From a virus (Duplodnaviria; Caudoviricetes): a stretch of 43,450 nucleotides of DNA. The position numbers were made by a program, and so were the translations under genes. The notes under the pieces are model-generated. The model saw only the letters and a list, made by a program, of their open reading frames with translations. It made no database searches and was not told the origin of the DNA. Each line of letters begins with the position of its first letter. Position 1 is the stretch's first letter. Location: IMG/VR virus record IMGVR_UViG_3300020044_006787, positions 1 to 43,450 of that record, one strand, 5' to 3'. Positions 24,766 to 35,439 of the stretch are shown in pieces.

Positions 24766-27200
24766 TGCCACGCTTACCATCGGCACAGGATATAAATAGA
24801 CAAACTCCATCTTATGATAGGCAGTTTGTTGCGTTACCTGAAGACCCAACAGGAAAATTAATGCAACAAACTGGCAATCAGTTACAGCAAACAGGCGCAC
24901 AACTTCAAAAACAAGTGATTAAAACGCAACGATATGAAGCGAAATTAATGGAGCAAGAAAGGCAGAAAGTAACACAACTGCAAAAAGCGCAATCTCAAAC
25001 TGGCGTTGTGCAAGATTTGAATGATTGGTATGCGCAAGAATTAAGTAATCCTGATTATTCAACAAAACCAAAGCGATTTAATGAGTTTGCGCAAAAAACA
25101 TTACAAAAATATTCTAGTAATATTACCGATGAGCGAGAGCGTTCATTGTTTGAATTATCTGCAAAGCAGGATATATCTAATTATGGCTTAAAGTTAAATG
25201 AAAACGCTTATGAAATACGTAACAAACAGTTAGTAGCTGATTTAGATGTAACACTTGACCGCACGATTAATCAAATAAGCGCAACAGATGACCCAAACAC
25301 AATGCAGCGGTTAATGCAAACTCAAATTGCTTATGCTGATAGTTTAATTGGAGCTGGCATATTGCCTCCATCAAAAAAACCTGAGATAATTAAAAACCTT
25401 CAAAACAGCGTTGCATTTTCACAGTTGAGCAAAAAATCACCTCAAGATTTACTTAAGATTTTCAATGGTAATTCGGGTGGATTTGATGCTGCTGTTGATA
25501 TTGTGCTGCAAAATGAAGGTGGTTACGTTGCCAATGATGGCAATAGTGGCGCACCTGCAAACTTCGGAATTAATCAAAAAGCAAATCCTGATATTGATGT
25601 TGCTAACTTAACCGCTGATAAAGCCAAGCAATTATATAAAGAAAGATATTGGGATAAATATAATTTAGAGCAAGTCCCTAAAGATGTGCAAGCAATAGTG
25701 TTTGATGGCGTGGTTAATCATCGTAGTGATTTTGCAAAAGAATTAGTTGATGCAGCTAAAAATGGTGCGTCATTAAGTGATATTAAAAACATGCGCAATG
25801 AAGAATATATGCGCCTTGCATCACTTGACCCTGCAAAATATGAGCAGTTTTTAGGCGGTTGGCAAAATAGATTAACCAAGTTTGATGGTAGTGATGATGC
25901 TGCATTCTTAGGCTATATTACTCCTGCGCAACAGAAAACATTAAGAAATGAAACTTACGGATATGTGAAAAACAATATATCCACCGAGTTTGATGGAATA
26001 AAAAAAGCCACGTCAGAAAATGCAGTTATTCCAAATGAAGTATTTACTAACCTTGTTACGCAAGCAAATCAAGTTGGTGAACCAGAATTAGCCAATAAAA
26101 TAAAAACTTATGGCGATAATCAGAAAAATATATCGCTATTTTCGGGTAGGCGCATAGATGAGCAAGTTGCGCAGTTGTCTAAATTGCAAATGGAATTAGG
26201 AAGTGGTAACACAAAAAATGCTGAATTATATGGATTACTAAAGGAGGCGCACGCTGAAAACCTTAAAAGAATTGAGAAAGACCCACTAGATTATTATTCT
26301 AAAAGTGGGATAACAGCACCAATAGTTCCGCTTGATTTATCATCACAAGAATTAGATAGTAATGCAATGTTTAGAGAGCTTATTTCACGCCGTGAAAGCA
26401 TAAATAAAATCAAATCATTTGAGGGCAATAATCCTAATATTCCAATATTATTAGATGATGAAGTTAATGCGCTTAAAGTTGATTTTGAGAAAGGCGAGCC
26501 TTCTAAGTTTGTTTCAAAAATAACCGCATTAAAAGAAGTCATGACCCCAGATGAGCTTGAAAGAGTTGCATATAAAGCATTTAAGGCAAATAGTTCATTT
26601 GCGGTTGCATTAGCACAAGAGCCACAGGTTGCTACGGCAATTATTGAAGGTGAAAGGCTGCCAGACCCACTACCTAAAAAAGCATTCCAAACTGATTTAC
26701 AAGAACAATTTAATGGCATGTTTGTTGCACCATCACAAGTTGAAGGACTAACAAACGCTTTGTGGTCTTATTATAAAGCGCAAAATTATAATAATTTACA
26801 GTCCACATCAGAAAATAAGATTAAAAAGAAATTTTCCACCAACACAACTCCCGACAGCGATTTGTTAACAAAAGTAATAACTGATATTATGGGAGAGCCA
26901 GTTAAATTAGATAATGGAAGCAAGGTTTTCTCATTCAAAGATAATGCGGGAAATATGGTTGATGAAGATATTTTGCAAAGCGCAATAGACGATTTAACAG
27001 ATGAGCAAATTATACAAATAAATGGTGGATTACCTAGAAGCGATATGGGTGATGTATCTGTTGATGAATGGCGTGATAATGCAATTTTAGCATCTATTGG
27101 TGACGGACAGTATGGCGTTATCCTCAATGGCGCAAGATTACTTGATGGAGATGGCAAAACATTTGTGTTAAACTTGAAAAAAATTATAAACGGAAACTGA
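24765..27200 (+). CDS. Ejection protein with embedded glycoside hydrolase family 108 lysozyme domain
   Basis: MPRLP start, helical body; EGGY...FGI...LT...A..LY...YW...FDGVVN...GW.NR at ~25480-25875. Confidence 0.8.
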   Translation: MPRLPSAQDINRQTPSYDRQFVALPEDPTGKLMQQTGNQLQQTGAQLQKQVIKTQRYEAKLMEQERQKVTQLQKAQSQTGVVQDLNDWYAQELSNPDYSTKPKRFNEFAQKTLQKYSSNITDERERSLFELSAKQDISNYGLKLNENAYEIRNKQLVADLDVTLDRTINQISATDDPNTMQRLMQTQIAYADSLIGAGILPPSKKPEIIKNLQNSVAFSQLSKKSPQDLLKIFNGNSGGFDAAVDIVLQNEGGYVANDGNSGAPANFGINQKANPDIDVANLTADKAKQLYKERYWDKYNLEQVPKDVQAIVFDGVVNHRSDFAKELVDAAKNGASLSDIKNMRNEEYMRLASLDPAKYEQFLGGWQNRLTKFDGSDDAAFLGYITPAQQKTLRNETYGYVKNNISTEFDGIKKATSENAVIPNEVFTNLVTQANQVGEPELANKIKTYGDNQKNISLFSGRRIDEQVAQLSKLQMELGSGNTKNAELYGLLKEAHAENLKRIEKDPLDYYSKSGITAPIVPLDLSSQELDSNAMFRELISRRESINKIKSFEGNNPNIPILLDDEVNALKVDFEKGEPSKFVSKITALKEVMTPDELERVAYKAFKANSSFAVALAQEPQVATAIIEGERLPDPLPKKAFQTDLQEQFNGMFVAPSQVEGLTNALWSYYKAQNYNNLQSTSENKIKKKFSTNTTPDSDLLTKVITDIMGEPVKLDNGSKVFSFKDNAGNMVDEDILQSAIDDLTDEQIIQINGGLPRSDMGDVSVDEWRDNAILASIGDGQYGVILNGARLLDGDGKTFVLNLKKIINGN

Positions 27201-27201
27201 T

Positions 27202-30200
27202 ATGGGTGCTTCTTTTCTAAAAAGTGGAATTGATTATTTGCCAGCTTATTCACCAAATACGCAACCAACAGGCGCATTAGAAAATGCAACAGTGGCAACT
27301 AGTGCGTTTTTTTCGCAACCAGAAGTTTATGATTATAACCTTGATAAGAAAATATCAGAACGTGATGATTTTATTAAAAATAATTTCACAGATTTTGATT
27401 ATGTTGGCACTGCAAAATTGGAAGCTGAAAAAGCTATGCCAAAACCTGAAGGGTTTTTTGAGAAATTCACGCAACCAACACCAATAGAAGCATCTTTGCA
27501 ACAAAGAAACCTTAATGACAAAACATACTCGTTGCTTGATGCGCAAATTATTGAAGGTAGAAAATCTAATCCTGAAAAATGGGCTGGAATTAACACAACA
27601 GAAGAAATAAAGCAATATTATAATCAAGAAATAAACTCACAAAGGCAGGTTGTAGCAGATTACTCTTCTCGTGGTGCGGGAACTACATCAAAGTATGTTG
27701 CGCCTTTTGTGGGTGAAATTGCTGGTTCAATGCTTGACCCTATTAATATTGCCACGTTACCACTTGGAATGGGCGCAGCTAATGGGATATTAAAAACTAT
27801 TGCAGGTGAAGCTGCAATTAATATGGGAATTGAGGCAACACAATTACCAGCTTATCAGCGTGTTGAAACTGCCCTTGGAACGCCAATGAGCGCATCAGAT
27901 ATGGTTTTACAGGTTGCAACGGCTGGTATTGGGGCAGGAGTTATAACAGGGGTAGCAAAAGGATTGCCTCCTGCTTATAACTTTATTAGAAATCGTGCAA
28001 ATCGTATTAAGGCAATGAATAAAATTGCAGAAAGCGTATCAGTTCCTAAATCTGTTAAATATGCTGCGAAATGGATTAGGCGTAAATCCGAAGTTGAAGA
28101 TAATATCCCGCAAGAAATTATTGATGCAGTGCAAACCAACAATCCTAATATTACGCCTGAAACTGCCGTTAATAAAGCGGTGCAAATCCACAGAGAAAAC
28201 TTGCAAAAAACATTAGATGCGATTGAAGCGGGGCGACAACCTGATTATAACAGTATTCCTAGATACGATGCGAATGATGATATTTTAGCACCGCAACCAT
28301 CTAATATTAGGGTTGATAATGCAGAGCAAATCAATAGAACTACTCTAGGAATAGAGCAATCTATTCCTAAAGCTGAAACAATGATTGCAGACTGGAAAGC
28401 TAACAAAACTAAATTGCAGGATAGCTGGAAGCAGAAATTAGGATATAATCCACAACCATTTCATCAATGGGTAAAACAGCAAGGTGGTTTAGTTGATAAA
28501 GGTGGTGAACTCAGAACTCGTGGCGTAACTCCAAAAACATTTGTTGGCGGTATTCGTGCTGAATACAAGGGTAATCGCAGTAAAGGTTATGAAAAAAACA
28601 TTGACCGCAAGACAGGTTTTGCCGTTGGCTCAATGGAACAATTCAATGTCGATGGCACTGGTGGGTTATTACAGCGTGCTATTAATGAAGGTTATTTTCC
28701 ACAAGCACAAGGTGTGCAGTATGACGATTATGCAACCATGGCAAATAATGCGCCAACCATGGACGATTTTTATGATTTGCTTGCAAAGTCAATTCAAGAA
28801 GAGCCTATTTATAGGCAATCAGATGTTGATGCAATGCGTAACTGGGAGCAAGCTAATGGTGGCACAGTTGAAAGCAATCCTTATAGCATTACTAATCGCA
28901 CAACGCCTTATGAATTAGCGCAAAAATTATATTATGAAAAATTAGATATACGTGACCAAAAACGTAATTTAATGCACAATAATATCCATGAAAAACTAAT
29001 GGCAACAGGGCGTAATGACCTGCCATTATGGCAATATCAAGATATGATTATGATAAGCTATGATAGCTTTGTTGAAAGATATGGCGATGTTGATGATGCG
29101 TTTGAAGCTGCAATTAATAATTTCTTTGATGGGTTGGATATTGGAAATGTCACTCCGACTAATGCAAGTGATAACACGTTTTTTAACGATGCACGGATAT
29201 TGTATCAGTTTGTTGGCAGTAAAGGGAATATTGGATTTGATTTAACGCGGTCTTATAGAGATGCGGCATCAAAATTATCATCGGGATATTCGCCTGAAAA
29301 AGTTAGAGAGCAAACAGGGTGGTTTTATGGAAAAGACGGTAAATTAAGATTTGAAATAGATGATAGCGATGCAAAATTAAAAATATCACTTGAGCCAGAA
29401 AAAGATGTTTATGAAAATAATTCGTTAAAACTTGGCGATGTATTAGAACACCCAAAATTATTTTCTATATATCCTCATCTTAAAGAAATACCAGTTTCAA
29501 TAAAAAGAGATAAATATTCTCTTGGTGATAGTAGCTCTTATAATCTTGATACGAACTTAAATCAAAAAACTATTGATAATTACAAAAAAGAATATGAATT
29601 AGCCTTAGAAAGAAACAATCCTACGGTAGCAAATCAATGGAAGCGTTTATACGATAAAGCATCAACTGCATTAAAAAATAATGAAGGAGAGCAGATTAAA
29701 ATTAAAAGTAAAGATGAGGCTGGTGTTTTTTCTAATTTGATGCACGAAATACAACACGCAATCCAAGCGTATGAGGGTTTTGCTAGTGGTGGGACTATTC
29801 GTGATGCAGGAAGCTATGAAAATTATCGTAATTTAGCGGGAGAAACAGAAGCAAGAGCCACCCAAAATAGAATAAATATGACTACATCCGAAAGAATGAG
29901 CGGAAGCATAAGTTCTATTTACGACATTGATTTAGGAAAAATGATTGTAACCTTCAACAATAAAGAAATGGATAGTCGCAGTAAAACCCCCGACAACTCC
30001 ACACCATCACTAGAAGGCTTTGAGCCAATATCGCAGCGTGAATTGATTGAGCGCAAGATGGAGGGCAAGGCGCAAGCTAAAAAGCCACAGAAAGGAATGC
30101 AGGGCGAAACTAACTTATTTGACCAGTCAGAATTGAAGCAAGACACTTTGTTTCAGCGTGTGTGGCATGGTTCACCATATCGTAATATTGAAAAAACAGG

Positions 30201-31944
30201 GTTTAAGCTAGATAAAATCGGAAGCGGTGAAGGAGTGCAAGCCTACGGCTGGGGATTGTATTTTACTGAAACAAAAGAAATTGCAGAAGGATACAGAAAA
30301 TCGTTATCTAATAAAAGTCTTGGAAATGCAGAAACACAAACTGCAAGAGATTTACTTTATAAAGGTGACACAAAATATGTATCACAAAAAAATGAAGCAG
30401 ATTATCAAGATGCAATATTGGCTGCAAAAAGCAATATAGACGCTCTTGAAAGAAGAGGGGCTAATGCAGAATTTTATAAAAAAGTTCTCGCAATCCTTGA
30501 AAGCAAGGAAGATTTGTCTATGACTGGGCAAGTTTATGAGGCTGTTATTCCTGAAAGTAACACAATGATTTTATGGGATAAGCCTTTAAGTGAGCAAAGC
30601 GATTATGTAAAAAAAACCATAAAAAACACTTATGGGTTAGTAAAAATAAATGGATTAACATTAAAAGATAACCTTGATAAAATAACAGGAGAAATGTTTT
30701 ATCGTTCATTAGGATTGGCAAAAAAAACATCAATAGAATTAAATCAAGTTGGTATTAAGGGGATAAAATATCTTGATGGAAATAGCAGAAGCGCAGCAAA
30801 TGGCACAAATAATTACGTTGTTTTTGATGATACAGCGATTGATATAATTGACACTTATTACCAAGCAGCTAAAGGCTCTATCACTTTTAACGGCAATCAA
30901 GCAACAATCACCCTTTTCAAAGATGCGGACGCTTCAACATTTATTCATGAAATGGGGCATTTTTACACCAATATGATGCGTGAATTGGCAGCACATGAAA
31001 AAGCACCTGCCGAATTAAAAGCTGATTGGCAAACCATAGAAGATTTTGTCGGCGCAGAGCGAGGGCAGAAGTTCACAGTTGAGCAGGAAGAAAAACTTGC
31101 CCGTGGTTTTGAACAATATATGCGAGAAGGCATTGCGCCAAATGAGCAGTTAAAATCGTTATTTGCAACCATAAAAGATTGGTTGATGCAGATATATCAA
31201 TCACGGCGTGACCTTGATGTTGAATTGAATGATGACATTAGGCAAGTGTTTGATAGATGGCTAACGCCTGACGTTACCAGAAAATACGCATCTAAAAATG
31301 ATAGCTACGATGCAATGGTGGCTGCAAAGTTAAGTGATGACCAGACACTATTTAGCAAAACTCAAAGCGCAAATGATTTGTTTTATGAAGCGGGTGACTT
31401 TTATGTTTCAACTATGCAGGAAGCAATTTTACAACCAAGCACTAGCGTAAAAGCGTTAAAGGATTATCAAGCGATTGTTAATTTTGTTGGTGGCAATATG
31501 CGCACTCCGCTTAATGTTGTGCAAAAGCAACAGATAGCAGATGCGGTTGAAACACACTTCAAAACTGGCAATCCACCTAATGAGGAATTGAGGGAAGTAT
31601 TCACTAATATGCGCAAACTTGCATCATCTAAATATGAAGAATTATGGAATAGCGATGTGTATATTCCTGATGATATTGTAGCGGTTATGGACAAGTGGCG
31701 ACAACCAGCTATGATTGAGCCGAATGATTTTGTCACCAATAGCGTGAATGACAAAGCCATTCCACCGCAATTAGAGTTTGAGCAAAGCGAGATTGATTTT
31801 GCGCAACAGGCGGATTTTGCAAGGTTGGTGCGTGATTATGGAGATGAGGTTGACGATGTTACTGGCTTGTCATATAAAGAGATAAATGCTATGATTGAGG
31901 CTGATAATAATATAATTGCTGCAATGCAAACGTGCGCAAGGTAA
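27202..31944 (+). CDS. Large polyvalent internal virion protein (LPD23-like, zincin peptidases, ART-PolyVal-like domain)
   Basis: TGWF.GKDGKLRFEIDD; HEIQH...EG...GG...Y.NLAGE.EAR; WHGSP...GSGEG.QAYGWGLYF...NYVVFDD; STFIHEMGH. Confidence 0.8.
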   Translation: MGASFLKSGIDYLPAYSPNTQPTGALENATVATSAFFSQPEVYDYNLDKKISERDDFIKNNFTDFDYVGTAKLEAEKAMPKPEGFFEKFTQPTPIEASLQQRNLNDKTYSLLDAQIIEGRKSNPEKWAGINTTEEIKQYYNQEINSQRQVVADYSSRGAGTTSKYVAPFVGEIAGSMLDPINIATLPLGMGAANGILKTIAGEAAINMGIEATQLPAYQRVETALGTPMSASDMVLQVATAGIGAGVITGVAKGLPPAYNFIRNRANRIKAMNKIAESVSVPKSVKYAAKWIRRKSEVEDNIPQEIIDAVQTNNPNITPETAVNKAVQIHRENLQKTLDAIEAGRQPDYNSIPRYDANDDILAPQPSNIRVDNAEQINRTTLGIEQSIPKAETMIADWKANKTKLQDSWKQKLGYNPQPFHQWVKQQGGLVDKGGELRTRGVTPKTFVGGIRAEYKGNRSKGYEKNIDRKTGFAVGSMEQFNVDGTGGLLQRAINEGYFPQAQGVQYDDYATMANNAPTMDDFYDLLAKSIQEEPIYRQSDVDAMRNWEQANGGTVESNPYSITNRTTPYELAQKLYYEKLDIRDQKRNLMHNNIHEKLMATGRNDLPLWQYQDMIMISYDSFVERYGDVDDAFEAAINNFFDGLDIGNVTPTNASDNTFFNDARILYQFVGSKGNIGFDLTRSYRDAASKLSSGYSPEKVREQTGWFYGKDGKLRFEIDDSDAKLKISLEPEKDVYENNSLKLGDVLEHPKLFSIYPHLKEIPVSIKRDKYSLGDSSSYNLDTNLNQKTIDNYKKEYELALERNNPTVANQWKRLYDKASTALKNNEGEQIKIKSKDEAGVFSNLMHEIQHAIQAYEGFASGGTIRDAGSYENYRNLAGETEARATQNRINMTTSERMSGSISSIYDIDLGKMIVTFNNKEMDSRSKTPDNSTPSLEGFEPISQRELIERKMEGKAQAKKPQKGMQGETNLFDQSELKQDTLFQRVWHGSPYRNIEKTGFKLDKIGSGEGVQAYGWGLYFTETKEIAEGYRKSLSNKSLGNAETQTARDLLYKGDTKYVSQKNEADYQDAILAAKSNIDALERRGANAEFYKKVLAILESKEDLSMTGQVYEAVIPESNTMILWDKPLSEQSDYVKKTIKNTYGLVKINGLTLKDNLDKITGEMFYRSLGLAKKTSIELNQVGIKGIKYLDGNSRSAANGTNNYVVFDDTAIDIIDTYYQAAKGSITFNGNQATITLFKDADASTFIHEMGHFYTNMMRELAAHEKAPAELKADWQTIEDFVGAERGQKFTVEQEEKLARGFEQYMREGIAPNEQLKSLFATIKDWLMQIYQSRRDLDVELNDDIRQVFDRWLTPDVTRKYASKNDSYDAMVAAKLSDDQTLFSKTQSANDLFYEAGDFYVSTMQEAILQPSTSVKALKDYQAIVNFVGGNMRTPLNVVQKQQIADAVETHFKTGNPPNEELREVFTNMRKLASSKYEELWNSDVYIPDDIVAVMDKWRQPAMIEPNDFVTNSVNDKAIPPQLEFEQSEIDFAQQADFARLVRDYGDEVDDVTGLSYKEINAMIEADNNIIAAMQTCAR

Positions 31945-31947
31945 GAA

Positions 31948-34503
31948 ATGAGTTTTTTAGATTGTATTAAATCCACAGCCGCCCTAACCGCACCACAACG
32001 GCAGCAGATTGAAAAGGATTATGATAAGCATTATAAAACATATCAACAAACTATTGGCGATAACGAAGCTGCGCATCTTGCTGCAACTAGGGTTGTGCAA
32101 TCCACCATCACAGAATTAAACGCTAAAAATAAAGCTGCGATTAATGATATATTGACTTATCGGCAGATAAAAGTTGACCATGCTAAATTAGCAACAAATC
32201 AGAGATTAAAACGCAATGAAGCTGGCAAAAAAGGCAAACTACTATTCTGGTGGAGCGATAACGAATATGCGTCTCATCAAATATTAGAAAACGCATTTAA
32301 TGCACAAATGGCGAAAGAAAGAGAATACACTATTAAGGTTGCGCCATTATTAGATAAATATGGTTCAAAAAAATTAGGGTTCACTCAAGATGTTGAAGGG
32401 TTCAAAAAGGTAATATCTGAACATTTAGGCAAAGATACTGGTGATAAAGTTGCTAAAGAAGAAGCTAAATTAGTTAAAGAAATATTTGGACACACTGGCA
32501 ATGATTTTAGGGCAGCGGGTGGCGTGATGGGAGAAATGCCAAATTATTTTCCACAAAGGCATGTTGCACAGCTAGTTTCTCCACCTAAAAAAGACAGTAA
32601 CGCTTCATTTGAAGAATGGTATAATTTTCACATGCCATTATTAGATTGGAGCAAAATGATTGATGATAGCACTGGAATGCCATTTTTTGAAGTTGCGGGG
32701 CAAACATTAACGCCTTTTCAACTTAGAAGATTAAAACCATTAATGCGTGATATATTTAACGAAATAGAAAGCCAAGGGCTAAATGATATATTAGATGCTA
32801 TTCAGGAGCAAAAAACCAATGTTGGCAAAGGACAAGAATTAATGAATAAGCGTTCTGCCTCTCGCTTTTTCATTTATAAAGATGCTGATAGCTATTTCAA
32901 ATATAATAATAAATATGGCGTTAGCGATGAAGGACTTTTTGATACTTTCGTGTCGCACATTGAAAGCATGGCTAGAGATGTTGGTTTAATGAAAGTGCTG
33001 GGAGCAAAGCCACTTAATCAATATAAAAGGTTAGCTTTGTTGGCAAGCCAAGATAATAAAGATGCACGTTTATGGGTGCTTGAAAATATGTGGAAAAACA
33101 TTAGTGGTAGCATTAGAAGACCATTGAATGACGCTGGATTGGCTTCCACTCCAAGAGGAACAGCTTATGTGTGGCGTGGAATTGCCAATTTATCAAGAGC
33201 AACTTTATTGGTTCGTGCGCCATTGTCAAGTTTATCTGATACTGTTTCACTAAATAAAATGGCAAGGCTAAACGGATTATCGCAATATAAAATAGCAAAA
33301 AATTACTTAAAAATATTAAACCCAAAAAATCCAACTGATAGGCGATTTGCAAGGAGAGCAGTTTTAATATCTCAATCAGTTAGTGGAAATAGTATCAGGC
33401 AAGCAAAATATACTTCTTCTATGGAGTTGCGCAACAATAATACCAAGGCAGGAAAGTTTGACAGTGCTATGGGCGCATATTCAGCCACAATGCACCGAGC
33501 CACTGGAATGAGCGTTATGAGTGATGCAGCAAGGCAAGCATCATATATGACTGTAGGAGGGCTTTTTGATGAATATAAGCGTGCTAATATCAAATATAAA
33601 GAATTGCCTGAATTGCTCAAAAATTCAATGGATAAATATGGATTAGGTGAAAATGAATACGATGCAATTATGCGGGGCAATTCAACTCAAATACAAAATG
33701 ATTTAGGTTATTTATTCCCTGAAGGAATGCTTGCAGAAGATAAAAAAACTGCTTTCAAGTATGAAATGTGGCTAACCGAATTATCGCAATTAGGCTCAAA
33801 TGAAAGCAGGTTATTTACTCAAGCCATGATTAACATGGGTAATTCTTTTGGAACTGGTGAACGAGCGGTTTTGTCTAGTGTAATGATGTTTAAGAGTTTT
33901 GCAATCACTCAATTAGTTAATCATATTGCACCATTAATGCGTGACATTGCCGCTGCCAAAGGAATGAGGCAACAAAGTAAAGCATTAGCGCAAGCTGCTG
34001 CATATTTTGTTCCTTTAACAATATTGGGAGCGTTAGGATTGCAATTAAAATCTATTGCCATGGGGTTTTTCTTTGAAGAAATGACAAATGAAGAAACGGC
34101 TGGTGATTTTTGGTTGCGAGCAACTTTGCAAGGGGGCGGTTTATCTTTTTTAGGTGATTTTGTGCAAAATGACACAACAGAATATGGTAATAATATTTAT
34201 GTTAGTTTGGCTGGCGCACCAGTTGGCACGGCTATAGACATGTTTGCATTAGGGCAATCTGCAATAGAGGCGACCTTTGGAGATGACCCGAAAGATGTTA
34301 AAGATTTTAGGCAGCGTTTATCTAAGGCGGTTGGTAAATATGCAGCACCGATGAACATGTGGTATAATGACCTTATTATGAACAGGGTAATTATGGATAG
34401 CATAGAGCGTGCGATTGACCCTAATTTTGATAGGCGTATGCGCAATTTAGAAAAAAGAAAATTAGAAGAACGTGGCGCAGAGCCGTGGTGGGGAGCAAAC
34501 TAA
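31948..34503 (+). CDS. Internal virion/ejection protein (last core protein)
   Basis: NYFPQ.H, MMFKSF, LQGGGL..LGD motifs and hydrophobic C-terminal helices. Confidence 0.75.
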   Translation: MSFLDCIKSTAALTAPQRQQIEKDYDKHYKTYQQTIGDNEAAHLAATRVVQSTITELNAKNKAAINDILTYRQIKVDHAKLATNQRLKRNEAGKKGKLLFWWSDNEYASHQILENAFNAQMAKEREYTIKVAPLLDKYGSKKLGFTQDVEGFKKVISEHLGKDTGDKVAKEEAKLVKEIFGHTGNDFRAAGGVMGEMPNYFPQRHVAQLVSPPKKDSNASFEEWYNFHMPLLDWSKMIDDSTGMPFFEVAGQTLTPFQLRRLKPLMRDIFNEIESQGLNDILDAIQEQKTNVGKGQELMNKRSASRFFIYKDADSYFKYNNKYGVSDEGLFDTFVSHIESMARDVGLMKVLGAKPLNQYKRLALLASQDNKDARLWVLENMWKNISGSIRRPLNDAGLASTPRGTAYVWRGIANLSRATLLVRAPLSSLSDTVSLNKMARLNGLSQYKIAKNYLKILNPKNPTDRRFARRAVLISQSVSGNSIRQAKYTSSMELRNNNTKAGKFDSAMGAYSATMHRATGMSVMSDAARQASYMTVGGLFDEYKRANIKYKELPELLKNSMDKYGLGENEYDAIMRGNSTQIQNDLGYLFPEGMLAEDKKTAFKYEMWLTELSQLGSNESRLFTQAMINMGNSFGTGERAVLSSVMMFKSFAITQLVNHIAPLMRDIAAAKGMRQQSKALAQAAAYFVPLTILGALGLQLKSIAMGFFFEEMTNEETAGDFWLRATLQGGGLSFLGDFVQNDTTEYGNNIYVSLAGAPVGTAIDMFALGQSAIEATFGDDPKDVKDFRQRLSKAVGKYAAPMNMWYNDLIMNRVIMDSIERAIDPNFDRRMRNLEKRKLEERGAEPWWGAN

Positions 34504-35439
34504 ATGATAACAGATAGACTAAATGGAACGAATGGTAACGTGGCAATGAAGCCAGCGTGCAAATCTGCGACAAGTGGCAATATCACGCTATCTGGCTTAC
34601 AAACGATTGATGTGCCATTTTCTATTACGGCGGTTGAAGGTGATAGGGTATTAGTGCGATTGCAAACCAATGAAGCGCAAAATGGTATTTATATTGCATC
34701 AACAGGCGAATGGGTGCGCAGTGCTGATTTTAACGGCGCAAAAGATATTGTTTCAGGAACTTATGTGCGTGTCAACCAAGGCACGCATAAAGGGTTGTGG
34801 TATATTAATAATAATGACCCTATAGTTATTGGAACTTCTGCAATAACATTCACTAAAATTATTGATAATTCTTCACCTAATTTAGGTGATTTAATTGGCA
34901 CAAGTGATAACATTACGCAAGGCGCAACTAATTTGTTTTTGACTACCTCGGAGCGCACTAAGTTAAGCGGAATTGCAGCTGGTGCGGAGGTAAATGTAAA
35001 TGCTGATTGGAATGCTGTTAGCGGTGATGCGCAGATATTGAATAAGCCTAGCGTGTTAGTAAGTGGCAATATTGGCATTACAGTGCAAGCCTATGATGCT
35101 GATATTTTGAAAGCAGATACAACAGACGTGCTAACTGTTGGTTATGCAACCACTCCATATGATGCAGGAACTAAATCTAGCGGAACATTTACCCCTAATG
35201 AGGCAAATGGACAGCAACAATATTATGTCAATGGTGGAGCGCATACGTTAGCACCCCCAACAAATAATACAGTTCTTACTATACAGGTCACTAACAACGG
35301 CAGTGCTGGCACTATCACCACGAGTGGATTTACGATAGTGACAGGTGATGCGCTCACCACGACAAACGGCAATGATTTTTTCTTGCGCATTGAAAAATTA
35401 AACGGATTTTCACAACTTCATGTAACGGCTTTACAATAA
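34504..35439 (+). CDS. Tail fibre/appendage protein 1
   Basis: N-terminal AT..NI.LSGLQTID...DRVLV..QT....NGIY domain; KLSGIAAGAEVNVNADWNA fibre motif. Confidence 0.75.
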   Translation: MITDRLNGTNGNVAMKPACKSATSGNITLSGLQTIDVPFSITAVEGDRVLVRLQTNEAQNGIYIASTGEWVRSADFNGAKDIVSGTYVRVNQGTHKGLWYINNNDPIVIGTSAITFTKIIDNSSPNLGDLIGTSDNITQGATNLFLTTSERTKLSGIAAGAEVNVNADWNAVSGDAQILNKPSVLVSGNIGITVQAYDADILKADTTDVLTVGYATTPYDAGTKSSGTFTPNEANGQQQYYVNGGAHTLAPPTNNTVLTIQVTNNGSAGTITTSGFTIVTGDALTTTNGNDFFLRIEKLNGFSQLHVTALQ

